A stretch of 64,000 bases of DNA. It comes from a virus. The notes beneath the pieces are model-generated. The model ran no database searches, had not been told where the DNA came from, and saw only the letters and a program-made list of their open reading frames with translations. Of this stretch, positions 1 to 9,071 are shown one piece after another (position 1 is the first letter of the stretch; each line of letters opens with the position of its first letter). The translations under genes and the position numbers were made by a program. The stretch is from IMG/VR virus record IMGVR_UViG_3300036768_000279, positions 32,001 to 96,000 of that record, one strand, 5' to 3'.

Positions 1-158
1 ACGCCCCAGGGGACGTTCTCTATCTCGCAGACAACGGCAACGTTTCTCGTAACAACGGAACGTTCAACAATGGTGCTACTGCGAAGCGTTATGTCGTTGG
101 TAAGGCCCTGTCTGCCCTTGGCAGCGACGGATTCCTAAAGGTCCGTATTGACCTCTGA
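1..158 (+). CDS. Partial (5'-truncated) capsid decoration/cement-like protein
   Basis: Frame-3 translation APGDVLYLADNGNVSRNNGTFNNGATAKRYVVGKALSALGSDGFLKVRIDL*. It lies directly upstream of the major capsid gene and its C-terminus resembles ORF 2673-3245. Confidence 0.6.
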   Translation, partial: APGDVLYLADNGNVSRNNGTFNNGATAKRYVVGKALSALGSDGFLKVRIDL

Positions 159-170
159 TAGGAGCATGAC

Positions 171-1208
171 ATGAATTTCCAACGTTATCCGCAAGAAGCA
201 ATTGATGCACTGCGTGCTACGGCTCACGCCGATAGTGAAGTGCGTGCAAAGGCCCAGAAGGCGTTTGCTGCCGAGTTGCAGTGGCCGCTCCGTCAGGGCG
301 TGTTCGATCGTGACAACCTCGGTGGAATCTACGAAAAGCAGGTTCTCGCACCGGGTGCCCAGGCAAACTACCCGCTTGACTTCGTGAAGCCGGGTGATGA
401 AGATCAGTTCATCGCCTTCGCTATGCCGAAGCAGGGTCGCGTTCCTGAGCGTCACGTTGAGGGAGACGAGTTGTGGGTTCCGACCTTCCAGATCGCGAAC
501 TCAATCGACTGGTCTTTGAAGTATGCCAAAGAAGCACGTTTCGACGTTATCATGCGTGCTATCCGCGTGTACGAAGCTGGCTTTGTTCGCAAGATCAACA
601 GCGACGGTTGGCGTACCATCCTTGGTGCGGCTGATGGCCGTGGCATGGTAGTGACGGCAAACGGATCGGCCCCGTTCACTGGATCGACGCTTGTTCCTAC
701 TGCGGCTGCTGGACAGTTCACCAAGGAACTGATCAGCCGCATGAAGACGGCGATGACTCGTGGTGCTGGTGGTAACGGTAACGCAGGTCGCTTGACCGAC
801 GTTTACCTATCCATGGAAGCCATGGAAGACATTCGTGCTTGGGACGTGGATGAGATCGACGAGTTCACTCGTCGTGAGATCTTCGTTTCGAAGGAATACG
901 GCCTAGCTCAGATCTACGGCGTTGTTCTGCACGAAATGACTGAGTTTGGTGAAGGACAGGAGTACGAGAACTTCTTGAAGACAACTCTTGCTCGTTCGCA
1001 CCAGACTGTCAACTCTGTCACGTTGAAGGAATACTGCATTGGTTTGGACTTGAGCACGATGGACTCATTCGTGATGCCGATTCGTGAAGAACTCCAGACC
1101 TATGAAGATCCGTCCCTCTACCGCGAACAGCGTGCGGGCATCTTCGGTTGGATGGAGCACGGCTTCGCCGTTCTCGATCCTCGCCGCGTGCTGATCGGCG
1201 AGTTCTGA
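171..1208 (+). CDS. Major capsid protein (HK97-like fold)
   Basis: 345 aa, GGAG RBS, followed by a terminator. The C-terminal REQRAGIFGWMEHGFAVLDPRRV is typical of large-phage MCPs. Confidence 0.8.
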   Translation: MNFQRYPQEAIDALRATAHADSEVRAKAQKAFAAELQWPLRQGVFDRDNLGGIYEKQVLAPGAQANYPLDFVKPGDEDQFIAFAMPKQGRVPERHVEGDELWVPTFQIANSIDWSLKYAKEARFDVIMRAIRVYEAGFVRKINSDGWRTILGAADGRGMVVTANGSAPFTGSTLVPTAAAGQFTKELISRMKTAMTRGAGGNGNAGRLTDVYLSMEAMEDIRAWDVDEIDEFTRREIFVSKEYGLAQIYGVVLHEMTEFGEGQEYENFLKTTLARSHQTVNSVTLKEYCIGLDLSTMDSFVMPIREELQTYEDPSLYREQRAGIFGWMEHGFAVLDPRRVLIGEF

Positions 1209-1232
1209 TACTCGCTAGTCAGTGAATGACAC

Positions 1233-1263
1233 AAGGGCGGCGGCTACAAGCCGCCGCCCTTTT
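1233..1263 (+). terminator. Intrinsic terminator after MCP
   Basis: Hairpin AAGGGCGGCGGCT-ACA-AGCCGCCGCCCTT followed by TT. Confidence 0.85.
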
Positions 1264-1265
1264 CA

Positions 1266-1275
1266 TTAGTGTACT
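1266..1275 (+). promoter_or_regulatory. Putative late promoter TTAGTGTAnT, copy 1
   Basis: One of six copies, all at gene junctions; this one directly follows a terminator. Confidence 0.7.
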
Positions 1276-1296
1276 ATCTAACAGAAGGCGGATCAC

Positions 1297-2169
1297 ATGG
1301 CTGGCGAAACCAAAATCCTCACTGTCGGTCAGGCTGCATCAGCCCTTGACATTTTTCTATCCGCTAACGGTGCCGCTGTTAGTGGACAATATGTTGGGTT
1401 CCAGCTATTCGACGCAGCGAACGTCTCCGCAGTAAGTGGAGTGGCGTTAAATCCTGCACTTGGACAATACACTGGCTCTGGATTGATCCCAGCCGGATAC
1501 CAGCTTGGTAGTTGGCATATTGATTGGACTATCGTTACAGAGACAAATTCTGTTGTACGTGCCAGCGAACCATTCCAAGTTCAAGACCTAACAGTATCTA
1601 TTGGATTTGTGCCGCCAACGGACAAAACGGCTACCATCTACGACGCTGTACGCATTGACATTGGTGATCCAGAAGGTCATATTTTTGACGATAACTTCTT
1701 GCAGCACGTTTTGATCAAGGCCGTTCGAAGACTCAATCAGGCTCTTGGTCTGTCTCGTACTTCTAGACCAATAGGCATTCCGGGCGGATTCGGTGGCCCG
1801 AAGATTCAAGTTGCAGAACTGACTGTTGATGTTGAGGCTGGCACAATCTCCCCCAACAACGACGAGTTGTGCGATCTCATCATTTTGCAGATGGAATTCA
1901 TTATCATCACTAGTGAGACATCTGCACTAAAACGACTAGGTGCAGCTTTTGCTTCTGGTCCATTTGCAACTGTTGCTGGTGGTATTGGTAGTGAAGGTAT
2001 TTCTGTTACTAACGCTGATGGCGTAACAATCAATATCAGCACTGGTCGTTTGCAATTCCGTTCAACGCTACAACGTCTTGACGTTGAGACACGCGAAAAG
2101 GAACTAGAGACCGCAATCAAGCGTTTCCTAAGCAGAATGACCGGGAACATGGGCAAAATGATCTATTAA
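1297..2169 (+). CDS. Putative head-tail connector/neck protein
   Basis: 290 aa, follows the MCP. It has an N-terminal beta domain, then VRIDIGD...FDD.FL, which resembles head-tail adaptors. Confidence 0.5.
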   Translation: MAGETKILTVGQAASALDIFLSANGAAVSGQYVGFQLFDAANVSAVSGVALNPALGQYTGSGLIPAGYQLGSWHIDWTIVTETNSVVRASEPFQVQDLTVSIGFVPPTDKTATIYDAVRIDIGDPEGHIFDDNFLQHVLIKAVRRLNQALGLSRTSRPIGIPGGFGGPKIQVAELTVDVEAGTISPNNDELCDLIILQMEFIIITSETSALKRLGAAFASGPFATVAGGIGSEGISVTNADGVTINISTGRLQFRSTLQRLDVETREKELETAIKRFLSRMTGNMGKMIY

Positions 2170-2348
2170 TGTTTATTAAGAACTGCAAATACTGTCATGT
2201 CAGAGGCGGAAAACTAACTATTGATCATAAGCAACCAGTTTCTCGCGGAGGCACTGATAGTCCAGAAAATCTATGTGTCGCTTGTCATAAATGCAATTGT
2301 CGCAAGGGCAAGAAAACGGTAGCTGAATACATGGAGTATTTGTCATAA
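2169..2348 (+). CDS. Minimal HNH endonuclease (59 aa; absent from ORF track)
   Basis: MFIKNCKYCHVRGGKLTIDHKQPVSRGGTDSPENLCVACHKCNCRKG: CxxC, DH..P.SRGG, N, CxxCN. TAATG overlaps at both ends. Confidence 0.8.
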   Translation: MFIKNCKYCHVRGGKLTIDHKQPVSRGGTDSPENLCVACHKCNCRKGKKTVAEYMEYLS

Positions 2349-2689
2349 TGCTAGTTCACGCTCGAACCCCCCGCGGCATTCTCTACCTGAACAATGAACC
2401 AATTTACGGTAGAGAGACTGGCCGCGATCCTGCCGATGTCTCGTTCGCAGTATATGAGGCATGCAAGGATTGTTTGGAAGACGCAACATACCGCGAAGGC
2501 TATTTGCGAGAAAAGTTTGGATGGACTCAAGGCGAAATCGCATTTACTTACGGCGAATTAAGATGGTTGCCGGAAAGTACACTTCGTAAAATCGCTAAAG
2601 GCATGGGCCTTAATGAGGCTAAGCGTACAACTTCAAAGCAACTAGTTGAAGATATCAAAAGAGCACTAAGGGATGTCGTTAAGACCTGA
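2348..2689 (+). CDS. Hypothetical protein
   Basis: 113-aa ORF with GGAG RBS, in operon context. Confidence 0.6.
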   Translation: MLVHARTPRGILYLNNEPIYGRETGRDPADVSFAVYEACKDCLEDATYREGYLREKFGWTQGEIAFTYGELRWLPESTLRKIAKGMGLNEAKRTTSKQLVEDIKRALRDVVKT

Positions 2690-3245
2690 AAGACAGACTC
2701 AACAAGTTAACATTGACTACCAGTGTCCATGGACACAGGAGCGTGGTGGTATTTTGAGTTGGGTACAGGCTTCTGGTATTTACTTCGCAGAATACGCCTT
2801 CAATCCTAGCGGTGTTCATTCGATTGGAATTCAGCTAAACGATGTTGAGAATGTGAATATGACACGTCAGCCATTTCAGCAATACATTCGCAACATCGAC
2901 ATACCGATGGCTAGAGTTGGCGTAGCTACTCAGGGAGATTTTTTGACTGACTGGGTTTATCCCGTTGGTACAATCAATCCGGGAGATTTGGCGTATGCTG
3001 GCCCAAGCGGAATGATCACAAATTCTGCGTCTTTTGGCGGCGAAGTGGTTGGCAAATTCTTGAGCGTTCTAACACCCAAGCCTCATACTGTTACATTGCG
3101 TGGCATGGGATTCTCACGCCAGTATATCGACACTACCAAACCTTCTAAGCCACTTATCTGGGAAAACAATCCAGCGGATGCGATCCGTTTGGCGACGCCC
3201 GGATTCATTAAGGTACGCATTGATATGGGAGCGAGTCTAAGATAA
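2673..3245 (+). CDS. Decoration-protein paralog (virion structural)
   Basis: PGDLAY...VVGKFLS...GFIKVRID matches PGDVLY...VVGKALS...GFLKVRID of the 1-158 ORF. Confidence 0.55.
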   Translation: MSLRPERQTQQVNIDYQCPWTQERGGILSWVQASGIYFAEYAFNPSGVHSIGIQLNDVENVNMTRQPFQQYIRNIDIPMARVGVATQGDFLTDWVYPVGTINPGDLAYAGPSGMITNSASFGGEVVGKFLSVLTPKPHTVTLRGMGFSRQYIDTTKPSKPLIWENNPADAIRLATPGFIKVRIDMGASLR

Positions 3246-3784
3246 TGGTACAGATCACGCCCAATCAAGACTTCTCTACAGCAAGCGGAATTCTTAATTC
3301 TCCGTTTATGGAAGCTGTCTATCACTCCTTTATGAGTGAAGCTTTTGTAGATCTCGGACGTTCTGTGACGTTCCATCTGCCCCCCATCAAGGAGCAAGAC
3401 GTTCAGACTCAATCCCAAGCCGCCCCACAACAATACAATCCTTTCTTTTCAAGAGTGCCTGTGCCTGCCACGAATACACGCAATACTGGCTACAAAGTTA
3501 CGCCGCGTGACGTGACTTACAAAGCACAGATTGTCATTGGTCCATTGAGCAATGACAAGAGATTGCAGGGTATGGGTTGGCTCAATGAAAACGAAGCCAT
3601 GATCACTGTCGTGATTGAGGCTCTTGAACACGTAGTCGCCGCTCTTGCCGTTTCCATTGAGGGTCGTAGATACACCGTTGTCGAAACGAGACCGATTGGC
3701 TTTTCTGTACGCAGATACTTGATGGTTAAGCTACGTGCTATTCAGGAAACAGAAAACCCCTCTCCTGATAAGGTGGTAGGATGA
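3245..3784 (+). CDS. Putative head-closure/neck protein
   Basis: 179 aa, positioned in the neck module. C-terminal IEGRRYTV...RPIG pattern resembles head-closure proteins. Confidence 0.45.
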   Translation: MVQITPNQDFSTASGILNSPFMEAVYHSFMSEAFVDLGRSVTFHLPPIKEQDVQTQSQAAPQQYNPFFSRVPVPATNTRNTGYKVTPRDVTYKAQIVIGPLSNDKRLQGMGWLNENEAMITVVIEALEHVVAALAVSIEGRRYTVVETRPIGFSVRRYLMVKLRAIQETENPSPDKVVG

Positions 3785-4290
3785 TTACGCAAGTCAAGCA
3801 ATGTTCTAGATGTTATGGCTACAAGGATCTATCGGCTTTTCCTCAGAGCAAGAACGCAAAGGATGGCTTATATTCTTGGTGCAAGGTGTGCAATACAGCT
3901 AGTACGCAAAAATACTACGCCGCTAATCGTGATGCTGTCAACGTCAAGCGTCAAGCTAATAAACAAAAGAACAAACAAGACTGGCGTGCGTTTTTTATAC
4001 AACTCTATGGGGAGATGCCTCAATGCTCTATTTGCTTGAAAGCATTGGATTGGAATGCTGATGCAGAAACAAACTGTGGTACGGTAGTAAACTGGGATCA
4101 CCGTCATGGCAATCATGCGGCACATGTGAAGCCTGCCAATTGGCTCCATGGGCACTTATGTAACGAAAAGAACCAAGCTATTTGGCATTCATTTGATTTT
4201 GGTATTTTGTGTAACTACTGCAATGGTTCGTTACCAACCAATAATAGAATTCAGTGGCTTGAACAAGCCCTGAAGTATGCGAGGCAATAA
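3781..4290 (+). CDS. His-Me finger (endonuclease VII/HNH-like) homing endonuclease
   Basis: N-terminal CxxC...F...DGL..WCKVC zinc finger, then CSIC, WDHRH, LCNYCN. Confidence 0.7.
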   Translation: MITQVKQCSRCYGYKDLSAFPQSKNAKDGLYSWCKVCNTASTQKYYAANRDAVNVKRQANKQKNKQDWRAFFIQLYGEMPQCSICLKALDWNADAETNCGTVVNWDHRHGNHAAHVKPANWLHGHLCNEKNQAIWHSFDFGILCNYCNGSLPTNNRIQWLEQALKYARQ

Positions 4291-5315
4291 TGGGCTTAGA
4301 GTACAAACTACGTAGCTTACTCAAGCTTAATCTCAAGTTGTTTTTAGACATGCATTTTTTGCGTGAGTCTAGCTTTATCAATGTAGCTTCTGGTCAATTG
4401 TTTTATGACGGAAGCGACATGAGCGTTCTTCTTCCAGATACTCAAGCAGACGATACGTTGTACGGCGTCTCTAATGGTCAGGTGTGGCAATCGCCCTTTA
4501 GACAATTTGTCTATGAGTCTGGTGTACCATTGGATGGTACAAATGTCAGCACTCCACCATTGCAATGTTCTGGCGTATACATTCATGGTGCGTTCAGACC
4601 AACAAATGATTCTCAGTTTGGACATACTATTGACTACATTAATGGTCGCGTCATCTTCAATTCGCCGCAACCACTTGATCTCAAGGTTAACGCGACCTAT
4701 TCTGCTCGCGAAGTACGTATTGGCTTCGAACACGATTTCAATCAGCAATTCAATCGTGGATTCTTGGAAAGCAAGTTTGCCACGAATCCATTGACATCGA
4801 ATCAGCTAGTCTATCCATCTGGACAGGCACAACCATTTCCAGCCGTTTTCATTGAGGTAGACAATCGCTCAATGACGCCATACGAGCTTGGTAACCGTAG
4901 TGCTGTGATCCGAGACAAGGTTATTTTGCATGTCTGGGCACTAGACGATTTGCAGCGTGACAATATTGTGGACATCTTGACATCGCAATGGCGTAAGAGC
5001 ATTCCGATTATCAATTTCAATCGAGCACCTTTGCCGCTATCTGGGATTTACAACACCCTATCTCCTGAGTATGTGCCGTACCAGGAAATGCTGCGGAACA
5101 ACAAACTGATCACAACTGTGGGTTCCGGCACGCCAGTAGTCTATACGGCCTACATCACGGATATTGCAGCCGAGAACATTCAGGCAACAGCAGAGTATGA
5201 ACGTGCCATCGTGACATACGAAATGGATGTCTACCTAAACGCTCCAGTAACGCCTTTGGGTAGCTACTTTGGTCCTATCTCAACGATACCTACGATCGAG
5301 GATCCATTGGGCTAG
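4290..5315 (+). CDS. Putative tail terminator/tail completion protein
   Basis: 341 aa, before the major tail gene. PAVFIE...ILHVWALDDLQRDNIVDIL resembles tail-terminator proteins. Confidence 0.5.
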   Translation: MGLEYKLRSLLKLNLKLFLDMHFLRESSFINVASGQLFYDGSDMSVLLPDTQADDTLYGVSNGQVWQSPFRQFVYESGVPLDGTNVSTPPLQCSGVYIHGAFRPTNDSQFGHTIDYINGRVIFNSPQPLDLKVNATYSAREVRIGFEHDFNQQFNRGFLESKFATNPLTSNQLVYPSGQAQPFPAVFIEVDNRSMTPYELGNRSAVIRDKVILHVWALDDLQRDNIVDILTSQWRKSIPIINFNRAPLPLSGIYNTLSPEYVPYQEMLRNNKLITTVGSGTPVVYTAYITDIAAENIQATAEYERAIVTYEMDVYLNAPVTPLGSYFGPISTIPTIEDPLG

Positions 5316-5316
5316 T

Positions 5317-5326
5317 TTAGTGTAAT
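5317..5326 (+). promoter_or_regulatory. Putative late promoter TTAGTGTAnT, copy 2
   Basis: Exact motif in a 12-nt intergenic gap. Confidence 0.65.
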
Positions 5327-5327
5327 C

Positions 5328-5774
5328 ATGGACATGGGAAATTGTGGACGGAATGGCTGTAAAGAGTTGGTCTCTAGAATAAATCCTAAGACTGCTAAGC
5401 CATTTTTCTATTGCGAAACACACAGAACACAGAAGCATGCTGGTTTTCGATTGGCATCTTCTCGTATTGGCGAACGAAGACGCGACCAGTCAATCGACTA
5501 TAGACGCAAACTTCGTTTGAAATTTTTGGAAATGTATGGCGGTAAATGCATTTGCTGTCATATAGACGAGGAAGCATTTCTTGCTCTTAACCATATTCTA
5601 GAAGATGGTGATGAGCATAGAAAGCAAAGAACGAGCTATGGGATCTATATAGACGCTACAGCAAAATACGACCCCGATCGCTTTCAAATCCTTTGTCACA
5701 ATTGTAACTTTGCAAAGTATCGAAACGGTGTCTGTCCTCACCAACTAGTTGGGCAGAAGGGAATTCAATCATGA
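5328..5774 (+). CDS. HNH-like zinc-finger endonuclease (start may be 5334)
   Basis: YGGKCICC...LALNHI..DG...FQILCHNCN.AK..GVCPH, a common phage HNH-like family. The usual DH is NH here. Confidence 0.7.
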   Translation: MDMGNCGRNGCKELVSRINPKTAKPFFYCETHRTQKHAGFRLASSRIGERRRDQSIDYRRKLRLKFLEMYGGKCICCHIDEEAFLALNHILEDGDEHRKQRTSYGIYIDATAKYDPDRFQILCHNCNFAKYRNGVCPHQLVGQKGIQS

Positions 5775-7177
5775 CAAATAATCGCGTATTTTGGGCGATT
5801 GAACAGTTGGCTATTAAGGCAAACTCTGCACCTGCTACGAGCGGTGTGGCTGCTTTCAATGCCCGTAACTACGCTACAGGTGCAATTGCATCGGGCGTGA
5901 ACGAAGTCAACGGCCTCTGGGAAGTGCCGCGTGGCGTTCAAAGTGCGGGTATGAGCACTAAGTTCAATCTACAACAGGTTTTCCAGCTTGGTCAGATTGA
6001 GCTTTATGAATACTCGGAACGTCAGCCAGACATCGAAATGACAATTTCGAAGTGTGTGGACGGAACTAAGCCGCTCTTCTTGATGGTTACGGACCCATCG
6101 TTCACGGACATTGTTGGCAAGACAGCCAATTACCGTGTTGACGTTGCGTTCCAAATCTATCCAGATACGAAGTTCCGTGCTACCGGCAAGCCAGTGTCTA
6201 TCTGCACTTGTTCCGGTATGTACCTATCGAACATTTCGTACACCTACCCGATCGATGGCTTCGTCACAGAAGACATCACGTTGGTTGGTAACGACAAGAT
6301 CTGGGGCTCGTTCATCAACGTTTCTGGTGTAACAGCCGGAAACGGTGGAACGGAAACAATCCTACCGTTCCCGACGCCTGGATTTAATGGTAACATTGAT
6401 CCGAACGCCCCGGATGGCGGACCTTCTGGCGTATTCGGTCACGATGGTAACACTTCGGCTCTTGTCGAAGGCGGTGCTTTTGAAGTTGCTGGTGGTGCCG
6501 ATCGCTTCGGTATCATCGTGGTTGGTTCTGGCGTTGCTCGTCGTGAAGAAGTAGATATCAGCCACTCGATCTTGCCGCGAGACATCCCAGGCGTGACCAC
6601 ACCGAATATCTCTGGCATCAACGCCGCTTACGTCAATGGTGGATTCGGTGCTCAGGGACCGGGTACTGCTTCTAACTTCACGCAATTGATTGCTGACGCC
6701 AACACGGACTACATCGCTGAGCACATTCAGACAATCACTGTTTCCTTCGCGATTGCCCGTAAGGACATTTTCGAGCTTGGAAGTAAGCGTCCGTTCGTGA
6801 AGGTTCCAGAGTATCCTCTGGAGGCTACAGCAAGCATCACCGTGATCACCGCTCAGGGTGACCTTGTTGATGCAACGTCGAACATCGACTGTGGTCCTGA
6901 TAACACACGCGAAAGCAACACGATCATCATCCGTACTTGCGACGGTCTCCAAGTTGACCTTGGTGACGCTAACCGCTTGACGGGCATTGAAGTTGCTGGT
7001 GGCGAAGCTGGTGGTGACAACATGACTGTCACGTACAACTACTCAAGCTTCAACACGTTCTACGTTTCGCACGACTTCTTCCAGCCGAATCACCGTGTGA
7101 CGATCTTCGGTACTGGACGTAGCCGCTTCAACGTAGGCAAGCCGCCATTCCGTAGAAGCGACATCGGTCTCTTCTGA
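5771..7177 (+). CDS. Major tail (tube) protein
   Basis: 468 aa. GVQS...QVFQLGQIELYE...PDIE.TISK and KDIFELGSKRPF repeat pattern suggests two tube-like halves; upstream of TMP. Confidence 0.65.
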   Translation: MTNNRVFWAIEQLAIKANSAPATSGVAAFNARNYATGAIASGVNEVNGLWEVPRGVQSAGMSTKFNLQQVFQLGQIELYEYSERQPDIEMTISKCVDGTKPLFLMVTDPSFTDIVGKTANYRVDVAFQIYPDTKFRATGKPVSICTCSGMYLSNISYTYPIDGFVTEDITLVGNDKIWGSFINVSGVTAGNGGTETILPFPTPGFNGNIDPNAPDGGPSGVFGHDGNTSALVEGGAFEVAGGADRFGIIVVGSGVARREEVDISHSILPRDIPGVTTPNISGINAAYVNGGFGAQGPGTASNFTQLIADANTDYIAEHIQTITVSFAIARKDIFELGSKRPFVKVPEYPLEATASITVITAQGDLVDATSNIDCGPDNTRESNTIIIRTCDGLQVDLGDANRLTGIEVAGGEAGGDNMTVTYNYSSFNTFYVSHDFFQPNHRVTIFGTGRSRFNVGKPPFRRSDIGLF

Positions 7178-7293
7178 TACTCGTTGGTGGGCCGTGACAG
7201 GGGCAGGGGGGTAAGTCCTGTCACGGTCTGCTGACTTACAATTTTGTCAAGGTGCAAGGTTACCGCTAAGCGGGTGGTTTAGGAATGGAGCAT

Positions 7294-7326
7294 AAGGGAT
7301 GCACCTAATTGGTGTGTCCCTTTTTT
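7294..7326 (+). terminator. Intrinsic terminator after major tail gene
   Basis: AAGGGATGCACC-TAATT-GGTGTGTCCCTT followed by TTTT. Confidence 0.75.
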
Positions 7327-7329
7327 CGT

Positions 7330-8523
7330 ATGACTGTACAGGAAAAAATTCAGCAGCTACTTTGGGATAGACGCTACGTCCAAATCCCGGCGGAGTATGC
7401 TAAGCCGGGATACGAGTACGTCATCATTAAGGACATGACGACGGAAGATCGTAACATCCACTCTTTTGTGCGTCGTCGAGAGCTTGAGTCTGCACGCAAG
7501 CAGGGAGTACCAACTGAGGCAGAGCTTCTTGCGGAAGCCAAGAAAGTTGGCTTGTGGACAAGCGAGGATGATCTCGTCATGACTAAGGCCGACGAGCACA
7601 TTGCCTTCCTCGAAGCCGAGCAAAAGAAGCAAAAGTTCCTTGCTCGCAAGAAATCACTACAGGTACAAATCGACGCAGCCCTAGAAAAAAAGCGACTAAC
7701 GCAATCTAAGCGTAACGAATACTTCATTCACAGTGCGGAGTTCTACGCCAACGAAGTAGCCGCAAACGTCCTCGTCAGACGAGTCGTGTTCGATATTGAA
7801 GGAAGACCGTTGTGGCCCGACGACGCCTCTTTCCTTCATTCCAAGCACAATCATATCAACTTTTTGATATACGTTACAAACGAAGTTCTATCGGAGGGTA
7901 TTCTGCCGATTGACGAAATTCGTGAAGTAGCACGTCATCCAGAGTGGCGATTGACATGGGTTCTGCAACGCGAGAACCTACACACAATATTCAATCGTAA
8001 CATTGGTGATTTGAGTATCAATCAAAAACTTTTGATCTATTGGAGTCGTGTTTATGATTCTGCTTTGGAGTCTACAGATCCGCCTTCATTAGACATCATC
8101 AACGACGACGACAAATTCGATGAGTGGCTATCAAATCGTGAATTGAACGACAAGGAGTCAAGCAATTCTAAGCGTCTTGGAGCTAAGGACCACAACGAAC
8201 GCATGCAGCTACTTGATGGAGAATACAGCGAAACATGTAATTGTGGTGCTAAAGCCAAGAACGTCGGCAAGGGGCTTGGCGAACGTGTACCTCACACGAC
8301 AACTTGTCCATGGGGAACGTTCCGCAGATATACCCCACAAGAACGTGAACAGATCGCAAATCAAACGTATGCCCGTAACTCTGATCGTGTTCGTTCATTG
8401 CTTGAGCATGAACAGCAAACGGTCATCGAAAAGGGACAGGTCGAAGAACACCATCTACGTGGTACAAAGACACGCCACATTCTTGGTATGAAAACTGACG
8501 TAGTGTCTACACACAAGAAATGA
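7330..8523 (+). CDS. Hypothetical protein, possibly tail assembly chaperone
   Basis: ATG 7330 preferred because 7309 lies inside the terminator. Helical; shares a GxWTxEDD motif with 9072-9791; CNC...H...C near the C-terminus. Confidence 0.5.
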   Translation: MTVQEKIQQLLWDRRYVQIPAEYAKPGYEYVIIKDMTTEDRNIHSFVRRRELESARKQGVPTEAELLAEAKKVGLWTSEDDLVMTKADEHIAFLEAEQKKQKFLARKKSLQVQIDAALEKKRLTQSKRNEYFIHSAEFYANEVAANVLVRRVVFDIEGRPLWPDDASFLHSKHNHINFLIYVTNEVLSEGILPIDEIREVARHPEWRLTWVLQRENLHTIFNRNIGDLSINQKLLIYWSRVYDSALESTDPPSLDIINDDDKFDEWLSNRELNDKESSNSKRLGAKDHNERMQLLDGEYSETCNCGAKAKNVGKGLGERVPHTTTCPWGTFRRYTPQEREQIANQTYARNSDRVRSLLEHEQQTVIEKGQVEEHHLRGTKTRHILGMKTDVVSTHKK

Positions 8524-9068
8524 AAAAGCAAAATCAATCATTGGATCAACTCAGTAGGAGTCTTGATCGTAGATCGCGTCACCTTATGGTACAGACTCTA
8601 CAGAGATTTGAAGAGTCATTTCCAGACGTAGACAATACTCGTCAAGGACAAATCTTCAAGTCTGATCTTCGCAACATGTTTAACGATGTGATGCGTGCCC
8701 AGAGAGACGAACTGAATGATTACGAGGTCGAGTATCGCCCTCTGCGTATGACCGAAAACGGCACTTTAGCGATGACCCAATCTTTTATGCAGACCGTGCA
8801 GAAGGTTGAGTTTGGCTCTAGAGGGTCAGTTCCGTTCATGAAGATCTTCTCTAGCAAAGAGAACGCCCGTGTTTTGGACGCCATTCGTATGGAGTTCGGG
8901 GCCGGGGTATTAGACAATGAGGACGGTGGCCTTGTCCTTGAAATTGTTGGTATTGAATCATGCGTAAATTGTGTATTACCTATCATGGACAAGTACCGCC
9001 TGATGGAACAGGTTGGTGTTAAGTACCGTGAGTGGCGGCGTGAGGTTGTTAGACGCTATAGGAGTTAG
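8520..9068 (+). CDS. Hypothetical protein
   Basis: 182 aa, ATGA overlap. Confidence 0.65.
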   Translation: MKKQNQSLDQLSRSLDRRSRHLMVQTLQRFEESFPDVDNTRQGQIFKSDLRNMFNDVMRAQRDELNDYEVEYRPLRMTENGTLAMTQSFMQTVQKVEFGSRGSVPFMKIFSSKENARVLDAIRMEFGAGVLDNEDGGLVLEIVGIESCVNCVLPIMDKYRLMEQVGVKYREWRREVVRRYRS

Positions 9069-9071
9069 GGC

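Noticed and set aside
5771-7177. Contractile tail sheath assignment
   Set aside because: No sheath motifs were recognised and no baseplate wedge/J-like genes are seen in the window; a tube-like protein fits better.
7187-7239. H-type pseudoknot stimulating UGA readthrough of the major tail gene
   Set aside because: A 2-nt loop cannot span the 15-bp stem, and readthrough would add only ~19 aa; treated as alternative folds instead.
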